64,000 bases of DNA from an uncultured Candidatus Saccharibacteria bacterium (GTDB lineage: Bacteria; Patescibacteriota; Minisyncoccia; Phycocordibacterales; PALSA-1337), in contig CAZGUZ010000003.1 of NCBI GenBank assembly GCA_964529025.1, positions 22,368-86,367 on the forward strand, given 5' to 3'. Below the pieces are notes generated by a model. The model had not been told where the DNA came from. It saw only the letters and a program-made list of their open reading frames with translations, and did not search any database. The stretch's first letter is position 1, and each line of letters opens with the position of its first letter. Both the position numbers and the translations under genes were made by a program. Below, one piece after another: positions 19,590-28,751 of this stretch.

Positions 19590-20026
19590 TATTTTTGATT
19601 CATGTTTGAATAAATACTCTCTTTAATATCCAGACTCCATGTCATATCTTTAAGTTTGCTATTAGAAATCTTTGGAACCAGTAGCTGGGCAGCTTCGGCA
19701 GCTTCGGGATTTTTTACCATTGCTTCGGGGTTGCGAGGATTCTTTTTCCAAAGATAGAGCTTTGGTGACATATAGTATTTTACCGCAGACTCGAGAATAA
19801 AGATAAAAGGCTTGTTGTTTATGCGATAAAAAGCTAGTACGAGTGAAAAAACAAGAACTGGAGCCATAATAATAACGAGTATGGCAAAAGGGAGTAATCC
19901 TTCGAGTCGAGTATAGATTAAAAATGACAAACCAGCCCCTCCGGCAAGATAAATAAATTGCTTAAGAGTGAGGGGGCCAAAGATTTTGTCTTCAACGTCA
20001 ATAAATTGAGGAACTTGAAAACGCAT
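19589..20026 (-). CDS. PrgI/VirB3-like small two-TM T4SS protein
   Basis: VPQFIDVEDKIFGPLTLKQFIYLAGGAGLSFLIY matches the PrgI-family N-terminal pattern (VPxxL..IK.K..FGLT.RQL) and is followed by two TM helices. It lies immediately upstream of VirB4, as PrgI does for PrgJ. Confidence 0.55.
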   Translation of the reverse strand: MRFQVPQFIDVEDKIFGPLTLKQFIYLAGGAGLSFLIYTRLEGLLPFAILVIIMAPVLVFSLVLAFYRINNKPFIFILESAVKYYMSPKLYLWKKNPRNPEAMVKNPEAAEAAQLLVPKISNSKLKDMTWSLDIKESIYSNMNQK

Positions 20027-20074
20027 ACATATAGTATACCACCAACTATTACGGTCGGTGGTATAACTAGTTCA

Positions 20075-20866
20075 CTATTCTTCTGTGTAAAGCTTTTTGA
20101 GGAAAGCTGGTTTGGTATCGCCTAATTCTATCGGTTCCCTGTATGGATCAGTACTACTTGGGCGGCTTTTTGGTGGAGTCTGTTTAAGAAGGTTTGCTAT
20201 ATCGGTTTGTGGCTGTGTTTGAGGTTGGGGTTGAGGTTTTTGCTCAGTTTCTTTGCGCTCTGCACCTGAATTGACTGGAATCTTATTTGTTGGTGTATAA
20301 TCCATAGTTTTTTGCTGTGTCTGTATGGTTATTGGTTCAGTTGAGCTAATTACGGTAGTTGATAGGGTGTCGTTTTCTTCTATTGCTCGTAAGAGCTCAT
20401 TGCGCACTTCGGGGTGTTCATGTTCTGGAATATGATCGTGGTCTTCTGAGCTATTGTTTACCCCTTTTATCCTAATTGCATCACCCTCGCCTACTATGTA
20501 TTCATGCGGATCAGCGTTTTGGGTAGCCTCTTCGTTTACGTATTCATCTTTCGAAGAGTCTCTTAAAGCATCGCGAACGGCTTCAAATACTATAGAATCA
20601 ATGTCTTTGCCAAGCTCAAGAGCTTGCGAGTGTGGTATGCGCACGTTTGCTTCGAGTCTCTCTACAAATTCATCAGCTTTGGTGAGTCCAGCAAGAGCAA
20701 AAGCTACTTCTTGAATAAGGGTATCAATTTGATCAATATGAAGATCGTTTTTTTCTCCAAGCATTGCCGCTGCATGGGTAAGTTCGGGCGAACCAAGAGC
20801 AGCCTGAATATGCTCTGGTAAGTTGTCGTATACTCGCTCAATGTCTTGTTGGGTAAAATTCTTCAT
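20075..20866 (-). CDS. Acidic cytoplasmic protein with PQ-repeat tail (QKPQPQPQTQPQT), hypothetical T4SS-associated
   Basis: 263 aa with no TM, co-oriented between the VirB6-like and PrgI-like genes. Confidence 0.45.
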   Translation of the reverse strand: MKNFTQQDIERVYDNLPEHIQAALGSPELTHAAAMLGEKNDLHIDQIDTLIQEVAFALAGLTKADEFVERLEANVRIPHSQALELGKDIDSIVFEAVRDALRDSSKDEYVNEEATQNADPHEYIVGEGDAIRIKGVNNSSEDHDHIPEHEHPEVRNELLRAIEENDTLSTTVISSTEPITIQTQQKTMDYTPTNKIPVNSGAERKETEQKPQPQPQTQPQTDIANLLKQTPPKSRPSSTDPYREPIELGDTKPAFLKKLYTEE

Positions 20867-20869
20867 GGT

Positions 20870-22933
20870 TTATAAGTTATCTCGCTCGAGTTTCGCTAGG
20901 TTCTGAGCAGCCACTTTGTAGTCGTCACGCAATTTTAGGAGCTTTGCTTCTTCTGATGATGTTATACCGTTCGAATCTCGCTTGCGTTTTTCAAGCTCAG
21001 CTATTTCCTTTTTAAGATCAGCAACCGCTTCTTTTGCATCAGCTAGATCGAGTTGACGCTGCTTCTTTGCAAGCTCTTTTGCAGCTTTTGCTTCGGCGGA
21101 ATCAAATTTATCAATAAATCTTCCAATGAATGGAATGTCTTTATGCTTGTCAGCAAAATTTCGAAGAAATGTATTTCGATGAACGTCTGCAACGTTTGAT
21201 TGACGCTCAATTTTCTTTTCTGCAATTTCTTTGTCTTTTGCGTCGAGTTCTGTTTCGGCAGTATCCAGGGCAATTTTTGCGGCGTCTTCAATACCAACTG
21301 CACTATCATATCTAAGTTTTGTATCATTGAGCTCTCTGTCAACGGCGTCGAATATATTTTGCTCTGCTCTTTGGCGATTTTGATCCCCAGCTGCACGTGC
21401 AGCATTAACCTTTTTACGTGCCTCCTCCCTTTTCTTCTCCAGGTCTTTTAGTTTTGATTTGAGACTCGATGAGTTTATTCTTGCTTCAGTTAGCGCTGTG
21501 CGAGCAGGCTCAACATTATTTATTCTATGAGCATCTCTATCCTCCATAAGCTTTTTTACTGCTGCCTCATCAAAACCTAGGCTTTCTGCAAATGCTACAC
21601 GAGTCTCTGCACGTTTCTTAGCAGCTTCTTCATAAGGCTTTGCTACACCCTTGATTGCATTTGTTGCAATTCTACCGAGCAAAGGATTGTTCTGAGAAAA
21701 TCTGTTAAGAGTTCCTGACTCAGCGAGTGCCGACGCTCCGCGCCCAACCGATTGGCGAAATATAAAACTATTTGTGCCTCGCATACCGCTCTTAATCTTT
21801 CCCTGACCCCATTTTGAAAAGTCCTCGAACCACTTATTTGCCATTGCACCACCGTAACCTCCTGATTTCTGTGATATTCCAAGAGCTGCACCAAGAACAA
21901 TGATAATGAGCGCGTAATTAAAGAAAGCTGCTATTGTTCCTGAACCTCCAATTGCAAAGTTTGCAAAATCACCCACTGTTTTATTAACAGCACCACTACC
22001 CTGAAAGATGTTGGCAAATTGAGTATTCTGACCAAATGACATTGAGTCTACAATCTTTAGTCCTACATACAAAACCATGAGCATGGTTGGTCCAGCAAAA
22101 AGTTGCTTGTAGAAAGTGTCTTCAAGTTGTTTGCGCGCATCTGCAGTTTGTGGAAGTACAATCGCAATAAAATAGAGTGGAGAAAATGCCATACAAAGAA
22201 GCAGGATTACAAGTCGATACACCATGGTAATTGCTGCCCCTAAGAATAAGAAGCCAATCATAGTCATAACTGTCACTGCTCCCATGCCTGTAACAAGGGC
22301 TTTTGCGGTAAAGCTTTCATTTCCTGCAAGGCTATTACCTACACTTGTCAAAGTCGCTAAGCTGAAGAAAGACTGAATTTTTACTTTCTGCATGATGGTA
22401 TCGCTGATGCTGTAATCATCGTACGGCTTAATTGCATCATAGAAAGTGAGTGCAACAAGGTTACTTCCATCAATCATGACTCGTGTCGCAAATAGACTAA
22501 AGTTGATAAAGAGTCCGCAGATAATTACGTTCTTAATTGTATTAGACAGATCCTTTCCTGTTAGCCCAAGAATAGTTCGAATCGAGGCGAATAACATAAC
22601 ACCAATAAGAGCAATGTTCGAGAGGTCGCGAATTGATCGCCACATGATTCCAATACTTGGCGTATTGTTAACCAAATCAGCCATATTGAGAGTTGCAGAT
22701 ATAGAAACATCAAGAAGTCCTGCTGTTATTTTTACCCACCATCCAGCAAGTACAAGTAGTACGTGTGAAAGCGCGGCAATAAGTGTGCCTTGGAGAAAGT
22801 CACCAGAAAGAGTTCCGAGTATTGCATTCGTCCAATCCATAGCGTGTGCTTGGTTTGGCAACAATGACACAAGCACCCCGAGGAGGGTTGCTCCCAACAG
22901 TATTATTCTTTTGTTGTTGGTTAGTTTTCTCAT
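20870..22933 (-). CDS. VirB6/TrbL-like polytopic membrane protein with about 250-aa C-terminal coiled-coil extension
   Basis: Signal/TM N-terminus, six or more hydrophobic helices in the first 400 aa, then a long K/E/R/A-rich coiled coil. Position and topology match VirB6-like channel subunits of Gram-positive T4SSs. No sequence-motif proof. Confidence 0.5.
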   Translation of the reverse strand: MRKLTNNKRIILLGATLLGVLVSLLPNQAHAMDWTNAILGTLSGDFLQGTLIAALSHVLLVLAGWWVKITAGLLDVSISATLNMADLVNNTPSIGIMWRSIRDLSNIALIGVMLFASIRTILGLTGKDLSNTIKNVIICGLFINFSLFATRVMIDGSNLVALTFYDAIKPYDDYSISDTIMQKVKIQSFFSLATLTSVGNSLAGNESFTAKALVTGMGAVTVMTMIGFLFLGAAITMVYRLVILLLCMAFSPLYFIAIVLPQTADARKQLEDTFYKQLFAGPTMLMVLYVGLKIVDSMSFGQNTQFANIFQGSGAVNKTVGDFANFAIGGSGTIAAFFNYALIIIVLGAALGISQKSGGYGGAMANKWFEDFSKWGQGKIKSGMRGTNSFIFRQSVGRGASALAESGTLNRFSQNNPLLGRIATNAIKGVAKPYEEAAKKRAETRVAFAESLGFDEAAVKKLMEDRDAHRINNVEPARTALTEARINSSSLKSKLKDLEKKREEARKKVNAARAAGDQNRQRAEQNIFDAVDRELNDTKLRYDSAVGIEDAAKIALDTAETELDAKDKEIAEKKIERQSNVADVHRNTFLRNFADKHKDIPFIGRFIDKFDSAEAKAAKELAKKQRQLDLADAKEAVADLKKEIAELEKRKRDSNGITSSEEAKLLKLRDDYKVAAQNLAKLERDNL

Positions 22934-22939
22934 TGTCTA

Positions 22940-24601
22940 TTATGGGAAGTATTTGCAGGCATTAGCTTCGTCACGCGCCCTTCGTTCAAGGTCGCGCAAG
23001 GTTCCGTTGTTGCTATCTGTATAACTATTATACTCGTCTGTCGCTTCATTTGCTCTAACTTTGTAAAGACTAATGCTTGGAAGTAAGTTGTTATACTCTG
23101 TTGCTGCTTTTTGTATATCACCCACCTGACTTGCACTTTCCGCTGTTGCTTTGATTCGAGACAGGTCAGAGATGTTTCTTTCAATAGATTGAACATCAAG
23201 GGTGAGGGTTGTAATTTTAGGAACCAATTGCCCTTCTATAATTGCATCCATATCTTTAATTTTATCAAGACCTCGAGAAATTGCATTTTGTGTGAGCCTC
23301 CGTGAGTTGCCTTGAAGTGCTGTATTGTAACAAGTCTTTACATCAACAAATTTAATTCTAAGTGCCGAGATATACTTAAGACTTTCATTTTTTGCATCAC
23401 GGTATTTCCAAGCATCAGTAGTGTAAGTATCGATAGTATCAAGAATGTTACTCTTTGAAGCTTGTAGTTGCTCATAGTTGAATGCTTGCTCTTGCTGGAG
23501 CTGTTGTGCAATTCCCTCTGTATCACTTGCCCCTGTTCCACTCACGCCCTTAAGTCCACCCACAAGAACCTTTTGTACTAATTGTGCAAAGAGGGCGTTA
23601 ATAATTTCATTAAATTCGTCTGCAAGTTCGAGTTCGCGAACTGGTGAGCCAAGAGATGTCTCAAGTGTTCCTGCAATTACAGAACCTGGAGTTTGAGTTT
23701 CGCACTTTTTACGAGTTGTTTCATTCGAAGCAGATTCATAGTAGCCCTGAAGCTGCGAGACGTTGTTTGTAAATTCTTGTGAATCTGATTGTCCGCTATT
23801 AGCGAGCTCACTATTACGTGCAGCAAGTTTATTTGCTTCAGATTCAGTAATAACTCGCTCATCTTTACAGGTCTTAAATGAAAGGAATCCTTTACCTTGA
23901 GAAAGCTCCTGATTTGCTCGGGCATTTGCATTAGCAATTCGTAGAGTTGCTTCGGTATCGGCAGTGACATATGCACCGATAAAGTTATTTTGAGGCTCAG
24001 TGGTCATCGAAACGAAAGCTGGCATTTTACCCTGTCTAAAGTCTCCAGCTGTGAAACCGTTAATCGAAGCCCCTTGAGCAGCGTTTGTTGTATTGTTAAT
24101 TATATCCGTTAGCGTACAGGCTGCTTTACCTTTCTGCTGGAATGGTCGATATCTAAAAGCTAGTTGCAGACGAATATCGATAGAAAAGTTACTACAGAGA
24201 AATGCTAGGTCACTGCCCAATATCATTCCGCCGAGAATTTCATCGCCAATGTCGGTAAAGAACTGTCCAGGATCACTAAGGAATGCTGGGCTACCCTCAA
24301 AACCATTATTGATCCAGTTTACAACACTTGATGTAATACCACGCAAAATTTGTTTAGCAATACCATATGCAATTGCGTCAAAAGTAAGTTCCTTTATCTG
24401 AAGACTCGTCATAAGTCCGGTTTGGATTGATGAGTTGGCAGCTGTAATAGTATTTTGCGCAATGTTTCCTGCATCGACTACGGGTATTGCGTGAGCAGTT
24501 TTTGGAGCAATTAAAAGCGTTGAAAGTGGAAAAAATATTTGCACACTTAAAGTACTTACGATGAGAATTGTTGAGACAAATTGTTTTAAAATAGTTCTCA
24601 T
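22940..24601 (-). CDS. Secreted protein (signal peptide, Asn/Thr-rich, coiled-coil segments), hypothetical T4SS-associated
   Basis: 553 aa, N-terminal signal ending ..TAHA, no enzymatic motif recognised, and a stop 7 nt before the VirB6-like start. Confidence 0.5.
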   Translation of the reverse strand: MRTILKQFVSTILIVSTLSVQIFFPLSTLLIAPKTAHAIPVVDAGNIAQNTITAANSSIQTGLMTSLQIKELTFDAIAYGIAKQILRGITSSVVNWINNGFEGSPAFLSDPGQFFTDIGDEILGGMILGSDLAFLCSNFSIDIRLQLAFRYRPFQQKGKAACTLTDIINNTTNAAQGASINGFTAGDFRQGKMPAFVSMTTEPQNNFIGAYVTADTEATLRIANANARANQELSQGKGFLSFKTCKDERVITESEANKLAARNSELANSGQSDSQEFTNNVSQLQGYYESASNETTRKKCETQTPGSVIAGTLETSLGSPVRELELADEFNEIINALFAQLVQKVLVGGLKGVSGTGASDTEGIAQQLQQEQAFNYEQLQASKSNILDTIDTYTTDAWKYRDAKNESLKYISALRIKFVDVKTCYNTALQGNSRRLTQNAISRGLDKIKDMDAIIEGQLVPKITTLTLDVQSIERNISDLSRIKATAESASQVGDIQKAATEYNNLLPSISLYKVRANEATDEYNSYTDSNNGTLRDLERRARDEANACKYFP

Positions 24602-24602
24602 A

Positions 24603-25580
24603 TTATTCTAGTACTAAGCCAAAAAAGTAACCGCCTTCTGTTGGTTCAAAGCTAATTCCCGCAGCATGAAATTGTCTTTTAATTACAAGGTTACTTTCTG
24701 TAAAGTTTTCAAATGCTTTCGGGTATCTGCCAATCGCTTGTAAAGCAATAAGAGGGTTTGTAAAGACATTTTTAAATGCTTCAGAAATAAAGAGGAGCTC
24801 ACTTACGGTATTAATCATAAGAATATGATTGGCGCCAAGTTTTTGTGGAACAGGAGTTTTGAGAAGGGCTTCAATAATTTTTTTGTAGCTTGCAATGAGT
24901 GGATCGAGCTCATTAAGAATTGCGGGATTTTCTTTATCGAGCGCATCTTTAACAATGAGTGTTTCATTACGCACCTTAGTTTCATTTGCTAAAAATATTC
25001 CACCAACAGCATTTGTATAGTTGCGAAGTGTTAAGGTATCGTTCGCTTCGATTCCGCTAATAACGATAATATCTTTTAATGTATATGTCTTTGGAATCTC
25101 TGTATACGCACTCGAAGTAATAAGTTCATTGATTACTGCGGCGCGGCTATCGGCATCATCTATGAGCCCTGTTTGTTTAAGCTCGATATACTTAGCGAAA
25201 ATATCTCGACCAAACTTTTCTGTTTGATTGAGTTTTGCATACTCTTCTTGTGCTGTTACAACTTTAGGACCTGCTCCGGCAATGCTTGGGTTGCGGCCCT
25301 GCTCAACTTCTACTCCATCAAGGATTCCATCACCATCACTATCTTTTGTTTGCGGATTTGTATTCCAAATTACCTCTTCCCAATCTTTAAGACCGTCGCT
25401 GTCCGAATCAATAAGTTGTATGTCTTCAACAAGTTGCTTATTTGCAGGATTCGCTACTATTTCTGGTGTATATACACCAACATTTTTTGGAGAAGTAATT
25501 TCTGCAAAGAAAAAAACGCCACCAACAAGGATTAGTGACCCTGCGATAAGAATTAAATTGTTTTTTCCAGGGTAGATCAC
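24603..25580 (-). CDS. N-terminally anchored protein with thrombospondin-type-3-like Ca-binding repeats (DSDSDGLKDWEE / DSDGDGILDGVE), first gene of the T4SS-like operon
   Basis: N-terminal TM and DxDxDG Ca-binding loops; the stop overlaps the start of the next gene by 1 nt. Confidence 0.5.
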   Translation of the reverse strand: MIYPGKNNLILIAGSLILVGGVFFFAEITSPKNVGVYTPEIVANPANKQLVEDIQLIDSDSDGLKDWEEVIWNTNPQTKDSDGDGILDGVEVEQGRNPSIAGAGPKVVTAQEEYAKLNQTEKFGRDIFAKYIELKQTGLIDDADSRAAVINELITSSAYTEIPKTYTLKDIIVISGIEANDTLTLRNYTNAVGGIFLANETKVRNETLIVKDALDKENPAILNELDPLIASYKKIIEALLKTPVPQKLGANHILMINTVSELLFISEAFKNVFTNPLIALQAIGRYPKAFENFTESNLVIKRQFHAAGISFEPTEGGYFFGLVLE

Positions 25581-25659
25581 GGGGTGTAAGTTACTCGTTT
25601 AATTATAGCAGAGTATCCCCTGTCAATTCTTTAAAAACCCTTAATTCTGTGGACAATTA

Positions 25660-26514
25660 TTACTTTTGCTGAGCGTCCTCTGTCAGTGTCGGTGGTATTT
25701 TCTTGTGGAGCAAAAACCAAACGGTGGGTTCAATGTCTTCGGCGCGTATATCGAGCGGCAAATTGAGTTCAGAAAGTACTTTTTGCGCTTCGGAAATATC
25801 GTAGTGACCACGAAGGTTGGCAATGAGCGTTTTTCTTCGGCTATGGAAAGAGATTTTAATAAATTCAGTGAGTTTTTTGAATTCTTGTGTGGAAATCGTG
25901 TTTAAATCTGAATTTGTGTGAGGAACAAGCTCAAGAATTGCCGAATCAACATTGGGTTGTGGCGAAAAGTTATGTCGTCCAACCACAGCAATAACCTTAG
26001 GCTTGGCCAAAATATGGGTAATTGTCGACAAAATAGTGTGTTTTTCACGGGCCATGATGCGATCCGCCACTTCTTTTTGAACAAGAAGTATTAAAGCCTT
26101 TGGTTTGGGGTCAATCTCAAGGAATTTCTTGAGTATTTCGCCAGTTATGTAGTATGGAATGTTAGCAATTACTGCATAATCACTTGTTTGTGTCGGCAAG
26201 GTGCCAATTCCTATCTCTGAAAGCGATAAATCTAAAATATCCTTATGGATTAAGGTTAGTTTGTCGCTCTTGATTTCTTGTGCAAAAGTCTCATTTAAAA
26301 TGGGAATTAACCTGTCATCCTTCTCTACAGCAAAAACACGGCTTGAATCAGGGGTTTTTTCAGTAAGTACACGTGTCAAAACGCCCATTCCAGGGCCTAT
26401 TTCGAGTATTGTTTGCGGTTGATGACTAAGGCCTGCCTGTGCAATTTTCTCAACAATTGCATTATTGTGAAGAAAATTTTGGCCGAGAGACTTTTTGGCA
26501 TTAATTTGAGCCAT
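25660..26514 (-). CDS. rsmA: 16S rRNA (adenine1518/1519-N6)-dimethyltransferase
   Basis: GQNFL motif, SAM-binding LEIGPGMGVLT, 284 aa. Confidence 0.9.
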   Translation of the reverse strand: MAQINAKKSLGQNFLHNNAIVEKIAQAGLSHQPQTILEIGPGMGVLTRVLTEKTPDSSRVFAVEKDDRLIPILNETFAQEIKSDKLTLIHKDILDLSLSEIGIGTLPTQTSDYAVIANIPYYITGEILKKFLEIDPKPKALILLVQKEVADRIMAREKHTILSTITHILAKPKVIAVVGRHNFSPQPNVDSAILELVPHTNSDLNTISTQEFKKLTEFIKISFHSRRKTLIANLRGHYDISEAQKVLSELNLPLDIRAEDIEPTVWFLLHKKIPPTLTEDAQQK

Positions 26515-26541
26515 ATATAGACCAGAGTACGTGTTTTTTAC

Positions 26542-28488
26542 TTAAAAATCAATAAAAATTGCCTTTACTCCACGAGGAGTTTCGCGAACCGATGTTTCGA
26601 TAAGGCTGGAATCAATGTCCTCAATAAATTCTGAGGCTTGGTTGACACGTTGTGATCCAAAAATGGTTCGGATTTGTGCCCAGCACAGATATAACTTTTT
26701 TCGTGCACGGGTTAAGGCTACATAGAAAAGGCGGCGCTCTTCTTCGGCGGCAGATTCGGATATTTCGCCCTCACCAAAGCGCGCATGAGGAAAAAGATCT
26801 TGTTCGAGGCCAGAAATAAAGACATATTCAAATTCAAGGCCTTTCGAAGCGTGTACCGTCATGAGTCGCACGCCTTCTCTTTCTTCGGTGAGCTCATCTT
26901 GATCTGATGCTAGGGCTGCATCGCTTAAAAATAGCTCAATACCTTCACCATTTGGCAAACCATCGTATTTTGTGGCAAGAGTTACGAGTTCGCGCACGTT
27001 TTCGAGCTTTTCAACATCGTCAGGACTACCGTCACGTAGCATAAACTCAATACCAGTTTCTTTAATAACATATTTTACGGCTTCACTCGGCTCAAGAGTT
27101 GTACATGAATTACCAATTCTACCCAAAAGTTGCCTAAAAGATTGGATTTTCTCTCGAACTGATCCAGAAAGTGTCTCTTCTTCTCCGGCTGCAATTTTAG
27201 CTAAGGTTACTTTACCAATACCGCGTGGTGGAATATTGATGATTCGAGCCACATCACCCACCGCTTCTGGATTTAAACCTGCACGAATAAATGAAAGAAC
27301 ATCTTTAACCTCTTTTCTTTCAAAGAATCGTGTACCAAGGATTTGATAAGGCACATTTTTATGCAAAAAAGCTTCTTCAAGTACGCGAGATTGATAATTG
27401 GCGCGATAAAGCACGGCAATTTCGCCAGGTTTAACACCCTTTTTTATAAGTTCACGCGCGGCCTCGGCTATTTCGCGAGCCTCATCGTTTTCGTCATAGG
27501 CTTCAATAAGGGCAATTCTCTCGCCTTCTCCGTTATTGGTAAATAAAGTTTTTTTACGACGAACGATATTTTTTTCAATAACAGCATTTGCTGCTTTAAG
27601 AATCGTTTGCGTTGAGCGATAGTTTTCTTCAAGAAGAATTACTTGTGCACTTGGATAGTCTTTTTCAAAATTGAGGATATTCTCAATATTTGCGCCTCGC
27701 CAGCTATAAATATTCTGATCAATATCGCCCACTACACAAATATTCTGACTTTCACCTGTTAAAAGCTTTGAAATAACATACTGAACACGGTTGGTGTCCT
27801 GGTATTCATCAATATGAATATATTTCCAGCGTGCTGTATATTGAGCACGTATATCTTCCCTCTTTTCGAGTAAGCGAGCCGTAACATAGAGCAAATCGTC
27901 AAAATCGAGCGCTTGTTCTTTGCGAAGAATTGCAGTGTATTCTTCCCAAACTCTGCCAACCATTGTAGAAAAGAAGTCTTTACTCTTTGCTACATACTGT
28001 TCATGCGACACATAGTCACCCTTTTCTCGAGATATAGCCCCTAGAATTTTCATGGGATCAAATTGTTTTGCATCAAAACCGAGCTTTTCAAGGGCATCTT
28101 TGACTGCTCGCTTTGAATCATTGCGGTCATAGATAGTAAAGTGTCGAGGAATACCTAGTGCAACATGTTGCTCCTTAAGAATATAAACACCGAGTGAGTG
28201 AAAAGTGCTCACAAAAGGGCGGTCCGGCATTGAGACAGGAGTATTTAGTCCCTTGTGGTTTTCAAGGAGGCTGTGGACACGCTCGCGCATTTCTTTAGCG
28301 GCTTTGTTGGTAAAGGTAATTGCTAGTATAGAATCTGGCTTAACACCATTTATAACCAAGTTGAGTATTCGATGCGTAAGTGTTTTAGTTTTTCCCGCAC
28401 CTGCCCCAGCCAAGATAAGTAAAGGTCCTTGAATAGAATTAACTGCCTGTGCTTGTGCGGCATTAAGACCGTGGGTTATTGAACTCAT
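26542..28488 (-). CDS. pcrA: UvrD/PcrA-family ATP-dependent DNA helicase
   Basis: Motif I ILAGAGAGKTKTLTHR, motif II DEYQDTN and further helicase motifs down to VALTRARKKL; 648 aa. Confidence 0.9.
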   Translation of the reverse strand: MSSITHGLNAAQAQAVNSIQGPLLILAGAGAGKTKTLTHRILNLVINGVKPDSILAITFTNKAAKEMRERVHSLLENHKGLNTPVSMPDRPFVSTFHSLGVYILKEQHVALGIPRHFTIYDRNDSKRAVKDALEKLGFDAKQFDPMKILGAISREKGDYVSHEQYVAKSKDFFSTMVGRVWEEYTAILRKEQALDFDDLLYVTARLLEKREDIRAQYTARWKYIHIDEYQDTNRVQYVISKLLTGESQNICVVGDIDQNIYSWRGANIENILNFEKDYPSAQVILLEENYRSTQTILKAANAVIEKNIVRRKKTLFTNNGEGERIALIEAYDENDEAREIAEAARELIKKGVKPGEIAVLYRANYQSRVLEEAFLHKNVPYQILGTRFFERKEVKDVLSFIRAGLNPEAVGDVARIINIPPRGIGKVTLAKIAAGEEETLSGSVREKIQSFRQLLGRIGNSCTTLEPSEAVKYVIKETGIEFMLRDGSPDDVEKLENVRELVTLATKYDGLPNGEGIELFLSDAALASDQDELTEEREGVRLMTVHASKGLEFEYVFISGLEQDLFPHARFGEGEISESAAEEERRLFYVALTRARKKLYLCWAQIRTIFGSQRVNQASEFIEDIDSSLIETSVRETPRGVKAIFIDF

Positions 28489-28751
28489 AGTGTAACTATA
28501 TCATTCATATTTGTATGAACGATAAATTTAAAAATAAAATAAAGATGCACGCAATACCTCTTTTGACATCTGCCACATAATATTGCCTTAAAATTGACCC
28601 TTAAAAAGCCTATTGACTCTTTGCTCTGACTCGCGTATCCTATCCGGGTACCTTTAAGGCAAGGTATAAATTAAGTGGCTTAACAGAGCCATTTAAAAGC
28701 CGAAATTCTTTGATTCTGATTGCGGTAATTATTGACAAACCGCCACACTGA

